A stretch of 64,000 nt of DNA from NCBI RefSeq assembly GCF_009914755.1, contig NC_060948.1, one strand, 5' to 3'. This document shows positions 19,010 to 38,980 of the stretch, in pieces (position 1 is the stretch's first letter; each line of letters opens with the position of its first letter). A program made the translations under genes and the position numbers. Below the pieces are notes generated by a model that did no database searches, was not told the DNA's origin, and was given only the letters and a program-made list of their open reading frames with translations. The stretch comes from the human T2T-CHM13v2.0 reference genome, Homo sapiens.

Positions 19010-19370
19010 GACTATGAGTTTGTTAGGGCTGCCATAATAAAATACCACAGACTGGGTGGTTTAAATAAGAGAAATTGATTTTCTTGCAATTCTGGAGGCT
19101 GGAAGTCTAATATCAGAGTCATTCAGCAAGGTTGGTTTCTCCTAAGGCCTGTCTCCTTTGCTGGCAGACACTGCCCTCCCCTTGTGTCCTCACATGGTTG
19201 TCTGTTGTGTGTCTGTGTACTAACTGCCTCTTATAAGAATGGCAGTCTCATTGGATTAGGACTGCATTTAGCCCTTCAAAGACCTATCTCCAAATATAAT
19301 CACATTCTGAGGTCCTGGGGTTAGGTCTCCACCACATATATTTCAGGGGGACATGACTCAGCCTATGACA
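19010..19370 (-). mobile_element. MLT1A-like LTR
   Basis: GGGCTGCCATAATAAAATACCACAGACTGGGTGG...CACATTCTGAGG. Confidence 0.8.
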
Positions 19371-20621
19371 CTGGCTTACTCATCTTTATCTACTCAGTTT
19401 TGTTTTGTTTTATTTTGTTTTAAATAAAAGGCAAGAGCAGTTTGTCAATGGAAGGTGTATCTTAACATGGTGAAGGGATGAAGAAAATCATAAGAAATAA
19501 GGATCAAAATCATTTTTTAAAGAATACATATCTGCATATGTATAAATTCATTTGTGTATCTCAGATTTTACTTATCTAATTCTACCTAGGGTTTCTCAAA
19601 AGAGCCAAAAAGCATAGGGTATGGTTCCTGCTATGCAGAGTGTACCTCTGGTACTCAAAGTAGCAAAGTGGGAGTTATATTGGCAAAAGGAGGCATAGCT
19701 TGCTAACCACAGGCACAGCTCAAGTTACCAAGCCTTCCACACGTGGGGACTCTGAAGGATGAGGAGTCAGAAATGCTCATTCACATTCTCAAAGAGCAAC
19801 TGCCTTTTATTCTACAAGTCCAATTACCAGGGAAGGACAGCTGGTAAGAGAACGCCTTTTCTTTGAACAGTTAGGGGCTCGGCACATACATAATTAAGGC
19901 TAGCTCAGTGTTCTAACTATGTCAGTAATATGGCCTTATGAGTTGTCACTGTCAGTCAGTTGGACAAACTACATGAAAGATATCCAGAATTCAATTAGAT
20001 ATTCTTTCAACAGCTGTACCTGGGACTGTACCTGACCTGAGATGTATAATGAAAGAAGTTAGTAAGAATGGAGGATTCTTGTCAAGTTCAAAGATTATTG
20101 GATTTATGTAAAAAAATGAAAAATCCAATCACCTGCATGGGAATGTAAAGTACCTGGGAGGGGAAGTGTTTTCCTTAATGTCTCCTAACAACCAAATCAT
20201 TTAGAGACATGTTTAAGAAAGGCAAGACCACTGAATACATTTTCTGTGTTACTTATTATTTTATTACTTGTACTCTTTAATTAAATTCAGCCTGTGAGAA
20301 AAATAATTCTATAAATAATCATTTAAATACATACCTGAATTATTAACACTTACAATTTAAGACAATAAGCATGATGTTGAAATATTAAGAAGTTTTGGTT
20401 CATCATTTTTATAAACTTCACTTATTGTGCTTAAGATGATGACTATTTAAAGGGGTTTCATTCATTAATTCAGACAACTGAACTACTCAACAAAGCCATA
20501 AAATATATTAGTTTTATAAGTGTGATTAAACAGTATAAAGGTGAAGTTTATGATAAATTTGTAAAGGGATTGAAACAATGTTATGACTTATGAACAGTGA
20601 CTGTTAACGTTTACTAGATTT

Positions 20622-20910
20622 TTTGTTTTTGCAGACAGACTCACTCTGTCACCCAGGCTGGAGTGCAGTGGCATGATCTTGGGTTACTGCAACCTCTGCC
20701 TCCTGGGTTCAAGTGATCCTCATGCCTCAGCCTCCCAAGTAGCATGGATTACAGATGTGTACTACCAGATGCAGCTAATTTTTGTATTTTTAGTTGAGAT
20801 GGGATTTCACCATGTTGCCCAGGCTGTCTTGAACCCCTGGGCTCAGGTGATCCATCTGCCTCAGCCTCCAAAAGTGCTGCAATTACAGGAATGAGCCACC
20901 ACACCCAGCC
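20622..20910 (-). mobile_element. AluJ-like element
   Basis: Antisense Alu flanked by AAC(G/A)TTT(A/G)CTAGATTT repeats. Confidence 0.92.
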
Positions 20911-23163
20911 AACATTTGCTAGATTTATCAGCGAAATAAACAGAAAAAGCTTAGGGAACAAAAAAGTTTTTGAATCTAACTTTAATAGCTTATAAATATT
21001 TAGAATTAAAGTGTAGTGGTGAACTCAGGACACAGGAAGTCCTACAGCAATATTAAGCAGCCACAGTACACCATGCCTGTGTGTGTAAGCTCATCAGAAA
21101 GTGGAGCATGAAAAAGGGCTAGGGACTCAATGGCACCAGCAGCAGAGTCTCTGCCCCGGAGAATTACACTCCTGGGATTCCAAGCTGGTACCCAAACACT
21201 TTCCCATAAGAAATAAGAGATGGTCAGGGACATTCTGAAATGAGAGAGCTCCTCAGGTGCGTAAGGGTTATGTGAATATGGGAGTGGGTATCTAACCTCT
21301 TGTTTTAATATTTCTATCTGGGGAAATGTGTTCTAACTATCAAAGTACTACAAAACAAATTTATCTTAGGTCTTGTGTTTATATTCTAATGTGGATACTA
21401 ATGCATGATTTTGTGAATAAAAATCAGGTACCCTGAGATTTGGTGAAACAATGGGGGCCCAAAATGCTCAACCCATAAATAAGCAGGAATTCATATTTTT
21501 AAATATGAGGTTATAAATCCCCTGCCCAAACCCCCACAATCTCTCTTTTCTATTAGTTACTGTGAGTAAAGTATAGTTGCACTTAAATGCCGCTGGACTG
21601 TGAGCCCCTGCAGGTGAAATTACAAGTTAAAACATAGTCCTCATGGGTGAAGAAAGGTCAGAGCGTACCCTTAGCCTTTGGGCAACCATTGCTTTGAACA
21701 TAATTAGAGAATGCAAGTATACAGGAAAGTGGTGCCAGCATATAGTTAGTTATATCATGGCATTTCATTAACAACATTTGATAACATTTAAAGATCACAG
21801 GGCACATACAAAATGATATGCCTTCTTCCTTTCCATTTTATATCCCCATCCTGGCTGCAGTATGTAGAAAATGAGGGGTGGAAAGAAGGCGATCTAATAT
21901 ATTGGCTCCATCTAGTCCCTGCTCTGTCACGTAACATGTATACATTCATTCAAGGAGATAAAAATTGCCCGAAGTCTCTCTGTCAATACACATGCCATGT
22001 TGGGCTGGTGTTCTGAATGTTGAGACTCCAGCAGTCAACAGAACAGGCCTAGAGCCTGGCATCCATGGAGGACACGTTGTAGGACCCAACATTGCTCAGC
22101 ATTTTGCTGCCATCCCCAAGAGAGTGATGCACAGCTCTTCTCAGGCTCTGAGTTGCGATCATTCTCAGACCTGAGGGGATATTACCTGAAGGCGAGAAGA
22201 ATGGGATGCAAAAACAGTGACCAGTGACCATGACCTAAGGAAGTGCCATTTACTAATTTAGTATTTTATTGTATAATTCCATGAACTTTTATCTTATAAT
22301 ACAATTTTATTCCTTATTCAAAAACACTGACCTTTTAAAGATCTCACATCTGGGCCACAGAACTTCTGTGAAGGCAAAGGAAGGAGCCTCTTAACCCTTC
22401 TTATTACCAGACATGTCATACTCAGGCAGTACACAGCATACAAGGCGCCGTCCAACTCTGAAAAAAAAAAAAAAAAAAAAAGACTGGGAAAGGAAGATGA
22501 TTGTGTGTAAAATATGTGACACGGAGCACCACCACACAAATGGTTAGTTTCCATGTTTATCACCGGCATGGTGAATGGAGTTCAAAATGTATTCCAAAGC
22601 ACTTTCTTTTTACTTCCTTCTATGGAAAATCAACTGTACTTGAAAATCATGGTGCATCCCATGGCTAAATAACTCCAAACCCAGGAGGTGGGACTGGGCC
22701 CTCTACTTCTCCTTGACATTTGTAACCCAGCTGGGACAAGAAAAGGACAAGGGAGTGGAATAAAAGGACTTCAAAGTTGCAAATTCTGCATCCTTACAGT
22801 CAACAGAGATTAAGCTGGAAGTGGCAGGCTTTCGCTCAGGATTGGGGTGGGGATTCAGGTTTTGATGTAGGGTTGGGGGAGGATTTGGAGGCTGACTGAA
22901 GACTAACTAGGGATCCAGAGCTACTCCCTCTGTATCAGAGTTGCATATTCTCTTCCAGGCTACCCTGTGAATTTCTTTCTAACTCCACGTGTTTTTTTTG
23001 TTTGTTTGTTTGTTTTTTTTTTTAAAAAAACAAAAACATGATAGGCATACAGTTAAATTTACATTTCTAGACCCTTCCTAGACCAACTATCCAACTCTGT
23101 GTACATATGTATTCTCATTGAGGAAGGGGACTTAGAAATAATAAGTTTAAATTGGCTTCTAGG

Positions 23164-23976
<813 letters not shown>

Positions 23977-23980
23977 TTTC

Positions 23981-23998
23981 TGGGAGCTCATCCAGGAT
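23981..23998 (+). other. Primer binding site, tRNA-Pro type
   Basis: TGGGAGCTCATCCAGGAT, 15/18 to TGGGGGCTCGTCCGGGAT (all three differences G>A). Confidence 0.75.
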
Positions 23999-24921
23999 TG
24001 GAGATTTACTGTCTCCTTTGCCTGTGGGACTAGAGCCCCAGGGCCAGGGGAAACCCAGCATCCAAGGCATGCCATGAGGGAGCTTCACCCAGATGGAAAC
24101 CAGCTCTCCCCTGATCCCAGTGCCCTGGCCACTAGTGTAATGGAACCAGGGATGGAGCTGCAGGATGATACCAGCACTTCATAAACCATGGTAAGGAGTA
24201 AGAGCCCAAGGCAGCAAAGCCCATCCCATAGGGACAAAGGGGAGCCTGATCACCTGTTGGGGACTGACAATTAATCAAAGCTAGAGCATCTGGGGACAGC
24301 AGGAATGGCCTGCCAACTTGGATGAACCTCATGTCCCCACTAACAAAATGAAAGTGGTTCATTGGAACTGAAAAAAAGGAGAAAATGGGCCGATAGAGTG
24401 GCAAGTGCAGCAAGGCAGAGCTTGCTGTCAGGGTGGCAAGAGTAGCTTGCTACTCCAACTGGGAGTGTGTGGGTGCATGTGAACCTGCCCAGGACACAAA
24501 AGAGGCTCATTTAGTCTGATGAGGAGTCCTGCGGTAGGAGTGGTGTGTGTATTTGTGTGAATGTGGGAGTCTAACTGCAGTCAACCAGGACAGAAGAGAC
24601 TTGTTTCACCCAGTGAGGAGTCCTGGGGCAGGGGAGGTGTGTGAAAGTATGTTAAAGAGATGGTCTCAGGAGAGGCCAACATTGGCAATGATGTGGGGAG
24701 GCACAAGTCCTTTAGCACAGGCTGTGTGCTCTGAGGTGAGTGTGGGAAAATCAGACCTAGGACATTGCATACAGGTGATAGGACCAGATCTGCAGCCACA
24801 GCAGGCTCTAACAGGAGAATGCATGTTCCTGGCTAAGCAGCATCTGAAACTCCCATAATAGGACCCGGTCTGATGGACCAGAGAGTAAAAGTGACAGTGA
24901 AAGTGCGATGCAAGAGAGAAA

Positions 24922-26578
24922 ATGGGAGAGCAAGTGTCAAAACCAACTCCTTTGGAGTGCATGATAAAGAATTTTGAAAAAGCGTTTAGAGATAATTATA
25001 GGATAAGACTGGATGTTCCAAAGTTAAGGATATACTGTGAATTAGACTAGCCTTCTTTCAATGTCAGATGGCTGGCTGAAGGCACTACAGAGAAATTGGT
25101 CGTGTTTTAAGGTGGTGACTAGGGTTGGAGGATAGCCAGGGCATTCAGACCTAGTCTTCATATAGACTCATGGCTAAATGAATGCAGCATTGCCTAGCAG
25201 CTTATTGTAGAATGCTCGCAGCTCACGTTGAGAGAAATCAGCTGCACTGGCAACTACAGAGTTAAAGGGAAAGTCACAGAGGCTTGTAGCACGCAGAGCC
25301 AAAAGTGAAAGTAAAAATCAGCTGCCCTGGAAGCTACGGAGACAAAAGAAAAGTCTCAAGAAAGAGAAAACCGGCTTTGCAAGAACTATAGGAGGGAACA
25401 GAGACCCCTCCTCCCTACATTCCAATCTACCCCCCTTTACCAAGGCTAACTGCCCCTAAGGAGCTAAATTCAAACAGATACATGCTCCTAGTCTCACTTG
25501 AGAAGGAGAAATCAGAGCTCGGGAAGTTGTGAAAGTTTCAAAAAGTCAGGCCATCTCAGTTCTGACCATGCCAATGTTATGCTCATGTCTCTTAAGAGGA
25601 CAAGGGGACCCCCACTAGGACCCAGATGATGCAGTCCAGCTTCAACACCTACAAAGTGCCAAGAAGTACTTCTGCAAAGGCTAAATGATGGTAAAAGAAA
25701 AGGCAACCAATATAAAAAGCTCAGAGGTGCTCCAACATGGAGATAAAAGCATCAGCCAGTGTTATAAAAGATTTTTAACAGCTGGAACTAAGAAATAAAG
25801 TACAAGGAAGAAATTCTACAGCTCTTAAATGCCGTATGGGACCCAAAAGAGGTGGCAGTGATGCACTGAAAGGGGCACCAAAAAGCAAGAACACTAAAGG
25901 CCAAAGAAAATAGAAAGGCAGACAGGGCAAAGAAAGCTTCAATGACAACTCCACGTTCTAAAGAGAAAGACTTAGCTATGCCTCTCCTCCTGGAGATTCC
26001 CCTCCCAGAGATCCCAAGCTACACTCTAGATGAAAAGTTTTGGTTTGGTCAGGAAACAGGGAAATATATTAAAAGTGAACGGTGGCTGTTCTCTGATGGG
26101 AGGCTAGCTGCCCCAGAGACAATAGCCCCAGATTTGTAAAATAGTTCCACCAAAGAACACACATTAGAAGCATGATCCTAGAGACTTTGATAGGTTGACA
26201 TTTCTATGTGTCACAGCTCTCTGCCATCATGCGTGCTGTCTGCAAACAACGTCTATCCTGTGCCTGAAATAATCCAAAACAAGGACCTACTTGGCCCCAG
26301 GAGTTCAGGAAACAGAAGCCAGGCCCTGTGAAAAACTGCTGATGGATTTCACAGAATTGCCCTGAAAGGGGGCTATCAGTACCTGTTGGTGTTCATTTGC
26401 ACCTTTTCAGGATAAGTCGAGGCTTTCCTCACCTGGACAGTGAAGGCACTAGAAGTGACCAAGTTGTTGTTAAGAGACATTATTCCCAGATTTGGACTGC
26501 CTCTAACTATAAGATCAGAAAATGGACCAACATTTGTGGCTGAAATAGTTCAGAACTCAACTATTAAAAATAAAGTGG
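24922..26578 (+). pseudogene. Class I gag (matrix, partial capsid) joined to RNase H end and integrase N-half
   Basis: KEEILQLLNAVWDPKEVAVMH near 25800; LLRDIIPRFGLPLTIRSENGPTF in ORF 26440; integrase resumes after the L1 at 32662 (AYRPQSSGKVE). Confidence 0.85.
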
Positions 26579-32648
<6,070 letters not shown>

Positions 32649-32989
32649 AAAAATAAAGTGGTAAAAACATACAGCCTACAGGCCACAGAGCTCAGGTAAA
32701 GTGGAGTGCATGAACCAGACACTCAAACAGCTGCTGAAGAAATTTTGTCAAAAGACTCGTCAAAAGTAGGATCAGATCTTGCCCATGGTCCTCCTCCAAG
32801 TCAGGTGCACCCCCATCAAACAAACTTGGTATTCGTCCTATGAGATTTTTTTCAGCCAGTCACCTGCCATCATAAATCAGATTAAAGGTAATCTCTGTAA
32901 ACTAGGAGAACTAACTTTAAAAAGTCACATGCAGGCTTTAAATATGGCCATGGAAAAGATGCATGGATAAGTATTGAAAAGAATGTCTA

Positions 32990-33044
32990 AGGCTGGGCGC
33001 AATGGCTCACACCTGTAATGCCAACACTTTGGGGGGCCAAGGCA
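32990..33044 (+). mobile_element. 5' stub of an Alu
   Basis: GGCTGGGCGCAATGGCTCACACCTGTAATGCCAACACTTTGG...GCCAAGGCAG, then an abrupt switch to env sequence. Confidence 0.88.
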
Positions 33045-34176
33045 GTGCCCCTACCACTAGTGAATGCCTTCTCATCCCCTCTTTCAATCACTCTATCAAA
33101 TGGTTCCTATTGGATACAAATTTTTTTTTTCTCCAGTGGGAAGATAGAACACAGGGAGCCACTCAGTTTGCTCCCAACACCCCTTTCCAGCCACTCACTG
33201 GAGTTACCTTAGCAAGTACTCTAGGATTATGGGAAAATGAAAACAACAAACTCACATACCTTTTTAACATACATAACCAGTTCTGTCTACCCAGCCAAGG
33301 CATATTCTTCTTATGTGGAATGTTGACCTATATCTGCCTCCCCACTAACTGGACAGGCACCAGCACCTTAATCTTTCTAAGTCCTAACATTAACATTGCC
33401 CCAGGAAATCAGACCTTATCAGTACCCCTCAAAGCTCAAGTCCATCAGCGCAGAGCCATACAACTAATACCCCTACTTACAGGGTTAGGAATGGCTACTG
33501 CTACAAGAACCGGAATAGCTAGTCTATCAACTTCATTATCCTACTACCACACATTCTCAAAGGATTTCTCAGACAGTTTGCAAGAAATAACGAAATCTAT
33601 TCTTACTTTACAATCCCAAACAGACTCTTTGGCAGCAGTGACTCTCCAAAATTTCTGAGGCCTAGACCTCCTCACTGCTGAGAAAGGAGGGCTCTGCACC
33701 TTCTTAGGGGAAGAGTGTTGTTTTTGCACTAAGAGTTGGGGATAGTATGAGATGCTGACCAGCATTTACAGGAAAAGGATTCTGAAATCAGACAACGCCT
33801 TTCAAATTCTTATACCAACCTCTGGAGTTGGGCAACATGGCTTCTCCCCTTTCTAGGTTCTGTGGCAGCCATCTTACTGTTACTCACCCTTGGGCCCTGT
33901 ATTTTTAACCTTCTTGTCAAATTTGTTTCCTCTAGAATCAAGGCCATCAAGCTACAGATGGTCTTACAAATGGAACCCCAAATGATTTCAACTAACAACT
34001 TCTACTGAGGACCCCTGGACCAACCCACTGGCACTTCACCTGGCCTGGAGAGTTCCCCTCTGAAGGACACCACAACTGCAGGGCCCATTCTTCACCCCTA
34101 TCCAGCAGGAAGTAGCTAGAGCGGTCATCGGCCAAATTCCCAACAGCAATTGGGGTGTCCTGTTTAGAGGGGGGAT
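33045..34176 (+). pseudogene. env: HERV9-type env 3' half and purine tract
   Basis: FFLCG..YICLPTNWTGT, cleavage/fusion peptide RRAIQLIPLL, degenerate immunosuppressive domain LQN..GLDLLTAEKGGLC; followed by an LTR12. Confidence 0.85.
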
Positions 34177-35056
34177 TGAGAGGTGATAGCATGCTGGCAG
34201 TCCTCAGGGCCCTCGCTTGCTCTTGGCACCTCCTCTGCCTGGGCTCCCACTTTGGTGGCACTTGAGGAGCCCTTCAGCCTGCTGCTGCACTGTGGGAGCC
34301 CCTTTCTGGGCTGGCCAAGTCTGGAGCCCACTCCCTCAGCTTGCAGGGAAGTGTGCAGGGAGAGGCATGAGTGGGAACTGGGGCTGCCTGTGGCGCTTGC
34401 AGGCCAGCTGGAGTTCTGGGTGGGTGTGGGCTTGGCAGGCCCCACACTTGGAGAGGCCAGCCAGCCCTGCTGGCCCCGGGCAGTGAGGGGCTTAGCACCT
34501 GGGCCAGCGGCTGCGGAGGGTGTACTGGGTCCCCCAGCAGTGCCAGCCCACTGGCGCTGTGCTCGATTTCTCACTGTGTCTTAGTTGCCTTCCCATGGGG
34601 CCGGCCTTGGGACTGCAGCCAGCCATGCCTGAGACTTCCCCCGCCTCCATGCATTCCTGTGCAGCCCAAGCCTCCCTGATGAATGCCACCCCCTGCTCCA
34701 CGGTGCCCAGTCCCATCGACCACCCAAGAGCTGAGGAGTGCAAGAGCATGGTGTGGGACTGGTGAAGCCAGCTGGGCTCCTTAGTCTGGTGGGGATGTGG
34801 AGAGTCTTTCTATCTAGCTCAACAACTCCAGACACACCACCTTAAGAGCTGTAACACTCACCGCGAAGGTCTGCAGCTTCACTCCTGAGCCAGCGAGACC
34901 ACGAACCCACCAGAAGGAAGAAACTCTGAACACATCTGAACATCAGAAGGGACAAACTCCAGATGTGCCACCTTAAGAGCTGTAACACTCACCACGAGGG
35001 TCCGCGGCTTCATTCTTGAAGTCAGTGAGACCAAGAACCCACCAATTCTGGACACA
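34177..35056 (+). mobile_element. LTR12 (C/D/E-like), internally deleted
   Basis: TGAGAGGTGATAGCATGCTGGCAGTCCTC start; CCTTAAGAGCTGTAACACTCACC U5 repeats; ends CCAATTCTGGACACA. Confidence 0.92.
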
Positions 35057-35522
35057 CAACCACCCTAGGACCCATATAGGAGAGGCCCATTTTGTGATGT
35101 CTACTCCCACTGCTCTTAAAGTTGCAGGTGTCACACCTTGGATGCACCATAGTTGGCTGAAACCAGTGGCAGCAGTGACTCCTGATGATGACCAGTGGAT
35201 TAGCCAACAAGACCCAGATCACCCCACCCCAATAGTCCTACAGCAAAACCCAACCACCAGTAAGAAGGACAACTGCCCTGCTCTAACCACACCAGAGGGT
35301 GGTCAGTCTACGCATGGCTGAAGCTTGAGGATCCTGCAAGCTCTGCTCTAGTCACATCCCAGAAGCTAACTAGTCTACGTACAGATGAAGCTAAAAGGAC
35401 CATCTCTGGATAAGTAAATGTAAATACAATTTATAAGTGTAATTATAATTCTGTCAATACTGATTGTTCTGTTGTTATTACTGCAAATGCTGCAAACGTC
35501 TATGCCCAGAGGAAGGTTTGTC

Positions 35523-37660
35523 ATGCCCATGTGTAGCGTAAGAATATTTCTATTACATATACTAATGTTCTTACCATTTCTGCCTATACTAAAAAAGGAG
35601 AAATCTCTAGAAGGATGCCCACACTGTGTACATACTACCTGGGTAAGGAATATCACAGTTAAAACTGTACTGTACCATACCTACTATGAACGTACAGGAA
35701 CAAAGTTAGGAACCTGCACATACAACCAAACCACCTATTCAGTCTGTGACCCAGAAAGTAATCAGCTATATGCATGGTATGACCCTAAGCACTTACCCTG
35801 TGAATTCTGGATTGGGGTACATATTAAATCAGAGAGATAAAAAGAAAGAGAGCATATAGCTCAAAACAAAGAAGGCCCTCCATCCTATAAAAGATCTACT
35901 TCCTTGCACTTTGATGCCTGCCATGCCAAATATGTTCATAATCATAAAAAGCCAGAAGCAGTCTGCAATGGTTTAACACAAGAGAGGCTTAGCAAAAGCA
36001 GCCCTAAACATCTGTACTGAGAACCACAAATAGGATGCCCAGACTGTAACATTCAGTGTTCTGTGCTGACACAGCTCCAACATTTATATTCAGGAACGAC
36101 TACTCTGCTAAGTAGTATGTCAACCAAACCAAATTGTAAGACAAGGACATGCAATCCTTTAAATTTTACTGTCTTAAAGCCAGAGCTACCTTTTTGGTCT
36201 ACAGGACAGACAGCACTATTACGAGTTGATAGACAAGCAGCAGGCCTTGGAGTTCCATTACTGATTGTCAAAAAGACTAGAAGGACTCAAATGCATCCAA
36301 ACCTGCAATTCCAGGTTGATAAGTCATTCTATAAGCAGTTTGATCAGTCAGTGCCTGAGCTTCCCCCATCAACCAAAAACTTATTTGCTCAAAGTGAAAA
36401 CAAAACTGACAGCTTAAGAATTTCGTCATGCTATGTATGTGGACGAACTAATATGGGGGACCAGTGGCCATAGGAGGCAAAATAATTAATGCCACAAGAC
36501 AACTTCACTTCGCCTAACCTTGCCAGAGAACCAACAGCCTCAGCTAGTGTTTGGTTGTTAAAAACCTCCGTAATGGGAAAATACCATATTGCCCATTGGG
36601 GAAAGGCTTTCACAGAGGCAGTAGGAAAAACCAACCTGCCTAAGGCAACAGTATTATAATGAGACTAAAAACAAAACTGTATGAAGAAATGCCCAGAACA
36701 ACTCCTACTTAGCAGATCCAAACCCTTTCTCTTGGTTCTCTACTCTAAGCCACTCTTGGCATCAGCTAGAGTCTCCAAATGCTTGGAAAGCACCCTCTGG
36801 CCTATCTTGGGTCTGTGGAGCATGGGCATATTGGCAACTGCTGGCTAAATGGACAGGGGCCTGTGTGTTAGAAACAATCAAGCAATCCCTCTTTCTAATT
36901 CCTCTAAAGCAAGGGGAACTCTTAGGGTATCCAGTTTATGATGAAAAATAATAGAAGAAACATAATCACAAAAATAGACACAAATATCAAAAAGATGTGG
37001 ATAGAGAAGACTGGAAAGAGAATAAATGACTCCTGAAAAAAATATTAAATACTATGGGCCAGCTACCTGGTTGCAAGACGGGTCATGGGGTTACCGCAGC
37101 CCAATCTATATGCTGAACTGCATCATAAGTTTGCAGGCAGTCCTTGAAATTATAACCAATAAAACATCAAGGGCACTAAATTTGTTGGCAGTACAAGCAA
37201 GACAAATGAGAAATGCTATACATCAAAATAGATTAGCTTTAGATTATTAACTCTTAGCCCTAGAGGAAGGAGTATGTCGCAAATTTAATTTAACCAACTG
37301 TTGCCTAGAGATCAGTAATAATGGCCGAGCTGTCATGAAAATCACAGCTAGAATGCACAAGCTGGCCCATGTCCCTGTTCAGACTTGGTCCGGATGGTCC
37401 CCAGATTTCTTGTTTGGAGGATGGTTCTCAATCATGGGAGGATTCAAAACCCTCATTGGTGGGTTTTTGTTTATTCTTGTCATCTGCCTCATCCTCCCTT
37501 GCCTTTTACCCCTGCTTATTAGGAGTAATCAGTCCACTATAGAGGCAATAGTAACCTGACACACTACCAAGCAATTGATGGCATCAAACAAATATCAGTC
37601 ATTGCCTGTAGAATAAGAAGCTCAGCTCCATGAAGAGGTGGCAAACAGTGGTGCTTTCAA
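35523..37660 (+). pseudogene. env: ERV3-like env, disrupted
   Basis: [61 protein letters not shown], hydrophobic TM; multiple stops. Confidence 0.9.
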
Positions 37661-37697
37661 TTAACACCTTTGTTATAAAAAGCACCAAAGGGGGGAA

Positions 37698-38355
37698 TGG
37701 AACAGGAATTAAAAGAAATTAAAGAATGTGTAAGCAGAAACTCACTTGTATGTAAGAAAATTCAGTTCCCCTTGAGAAAAAGAAAGAGCTGGAGTCCTTT
37801 AAAAATTAACTGTCTGTTTTTCTGTGGCTAGTGAGCCTTATCTCTCCCTTTCCCAGGCATTGTGAAGACCTTGTTGCTCTAGCTGAGCAACTGGAAGGTC
37901 ACTAGACAGATAAACTCAAGTCATAAACCATGTTTATCCTTGAAAAGTAAGAAATGATGTAATGCATGTCTCAATTAATTGAATAACCATCTTTGTTTCT
38001 CGCTTCTGTAATGCTTCCCTCTGCACAGATCTCCCCCAGCCCCACAAAATGCTTAAAGGTAACTTAACTCTTTGTTCAGGCTTAACTCTTTGTTCATCCA
38101 TTGATTAACATCACTGGATGTTAATCAGACTGGGCCAGTGTACCTAATAATTTATTATTTATTATTATTATTAATTATTATATTATTATATTATTTATTA
38201 TTAATATAATTTATTATTTTTAGTGTAGCTAAATAATAAACTAAATGAATAATAACTAACTAACTAACTAAATAATTTATTATTTAGTGTACCTAAATAA
38301 TAAATAACCTCCTGAACCCCATTGGTCTCTCTGATTCCTTATCAATCCTGCTACA
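37698..38355 (+). repeat. 3' LTR of the class I provirus with an AT-rich expansion (~38145-38305)
   Basis: Homologous to 23493-23976. Confidence 0.9.
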
Positions 38356-38709
38356 CTGTCACTGTTCAAAGATGAGTGTACATTGATGGCCACCTATGTC
38401 AGTTTTCTTGATGGGTTGACAGCACCAACAGTTTTGTTTGGTTTAAATGGGAAATCATGGTTGTTTCCATTAATGCTGTCAACCTAAGTGGTGTGCAGTG
38501 TTTCAGTTTCCTGAAACTCAACATGTTCAAATGCCTAAAATGGAACTTATCCCTATTCTGAGGCCTCACGGCTTCCTCTAATCTCAACTTCTGGACAAGT
38601 CACTGCTATTCACCTGCCTTCTCCCTCCCATCCCTCTATGCCTAGCTGTCAGCTGAACGGCCTCTGAATCAACCTCTTCTCTTCCTTTCATTCCAACCCC
38701 ACAGGTCCT

Positions 38710-38980
38710 TGTAGTCAGTTGAAGGGTGGCTCCCAAAAATACATGTCCATGTCCTAATGCCCAGGGCCTGAGAATTGTACCATATTTGAAAAAAAGACCT
38801 TGCAGATGTGATTAAATGAAGGATCTGGAGATGGGCAGTCTGTATCATCCTGGTGGGCCCAACATCCAATGGCAGGGGTCCTTATTTAGAGGAGACAAAA
38901 GGAGAGAAGAGAAGGCCATGTGGAGCTGAGATAAAGTAATTTCCTGTTGTTTTAGGCCCCCCAGTTTGTAGGATACTCAT
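38710..38980 (+). mobile_element. MLT1 LTR fragment
   Basis: GTCCATGTCCTAATGCCCAG, TTGCAGATGTGATTAA, AATTTCCTGTTGTTTTAGGCC. Confidence 0.7.

Noticed and set aside
22839-22885. G-run cluster as a G-quadruplex element
   Set aside because: One long loop and no supporting context; such motifs are common.
34164-34835. Cluster of overlapping ORFs
   Set aside because: GC-rich LTR12 U3; no coding signal.
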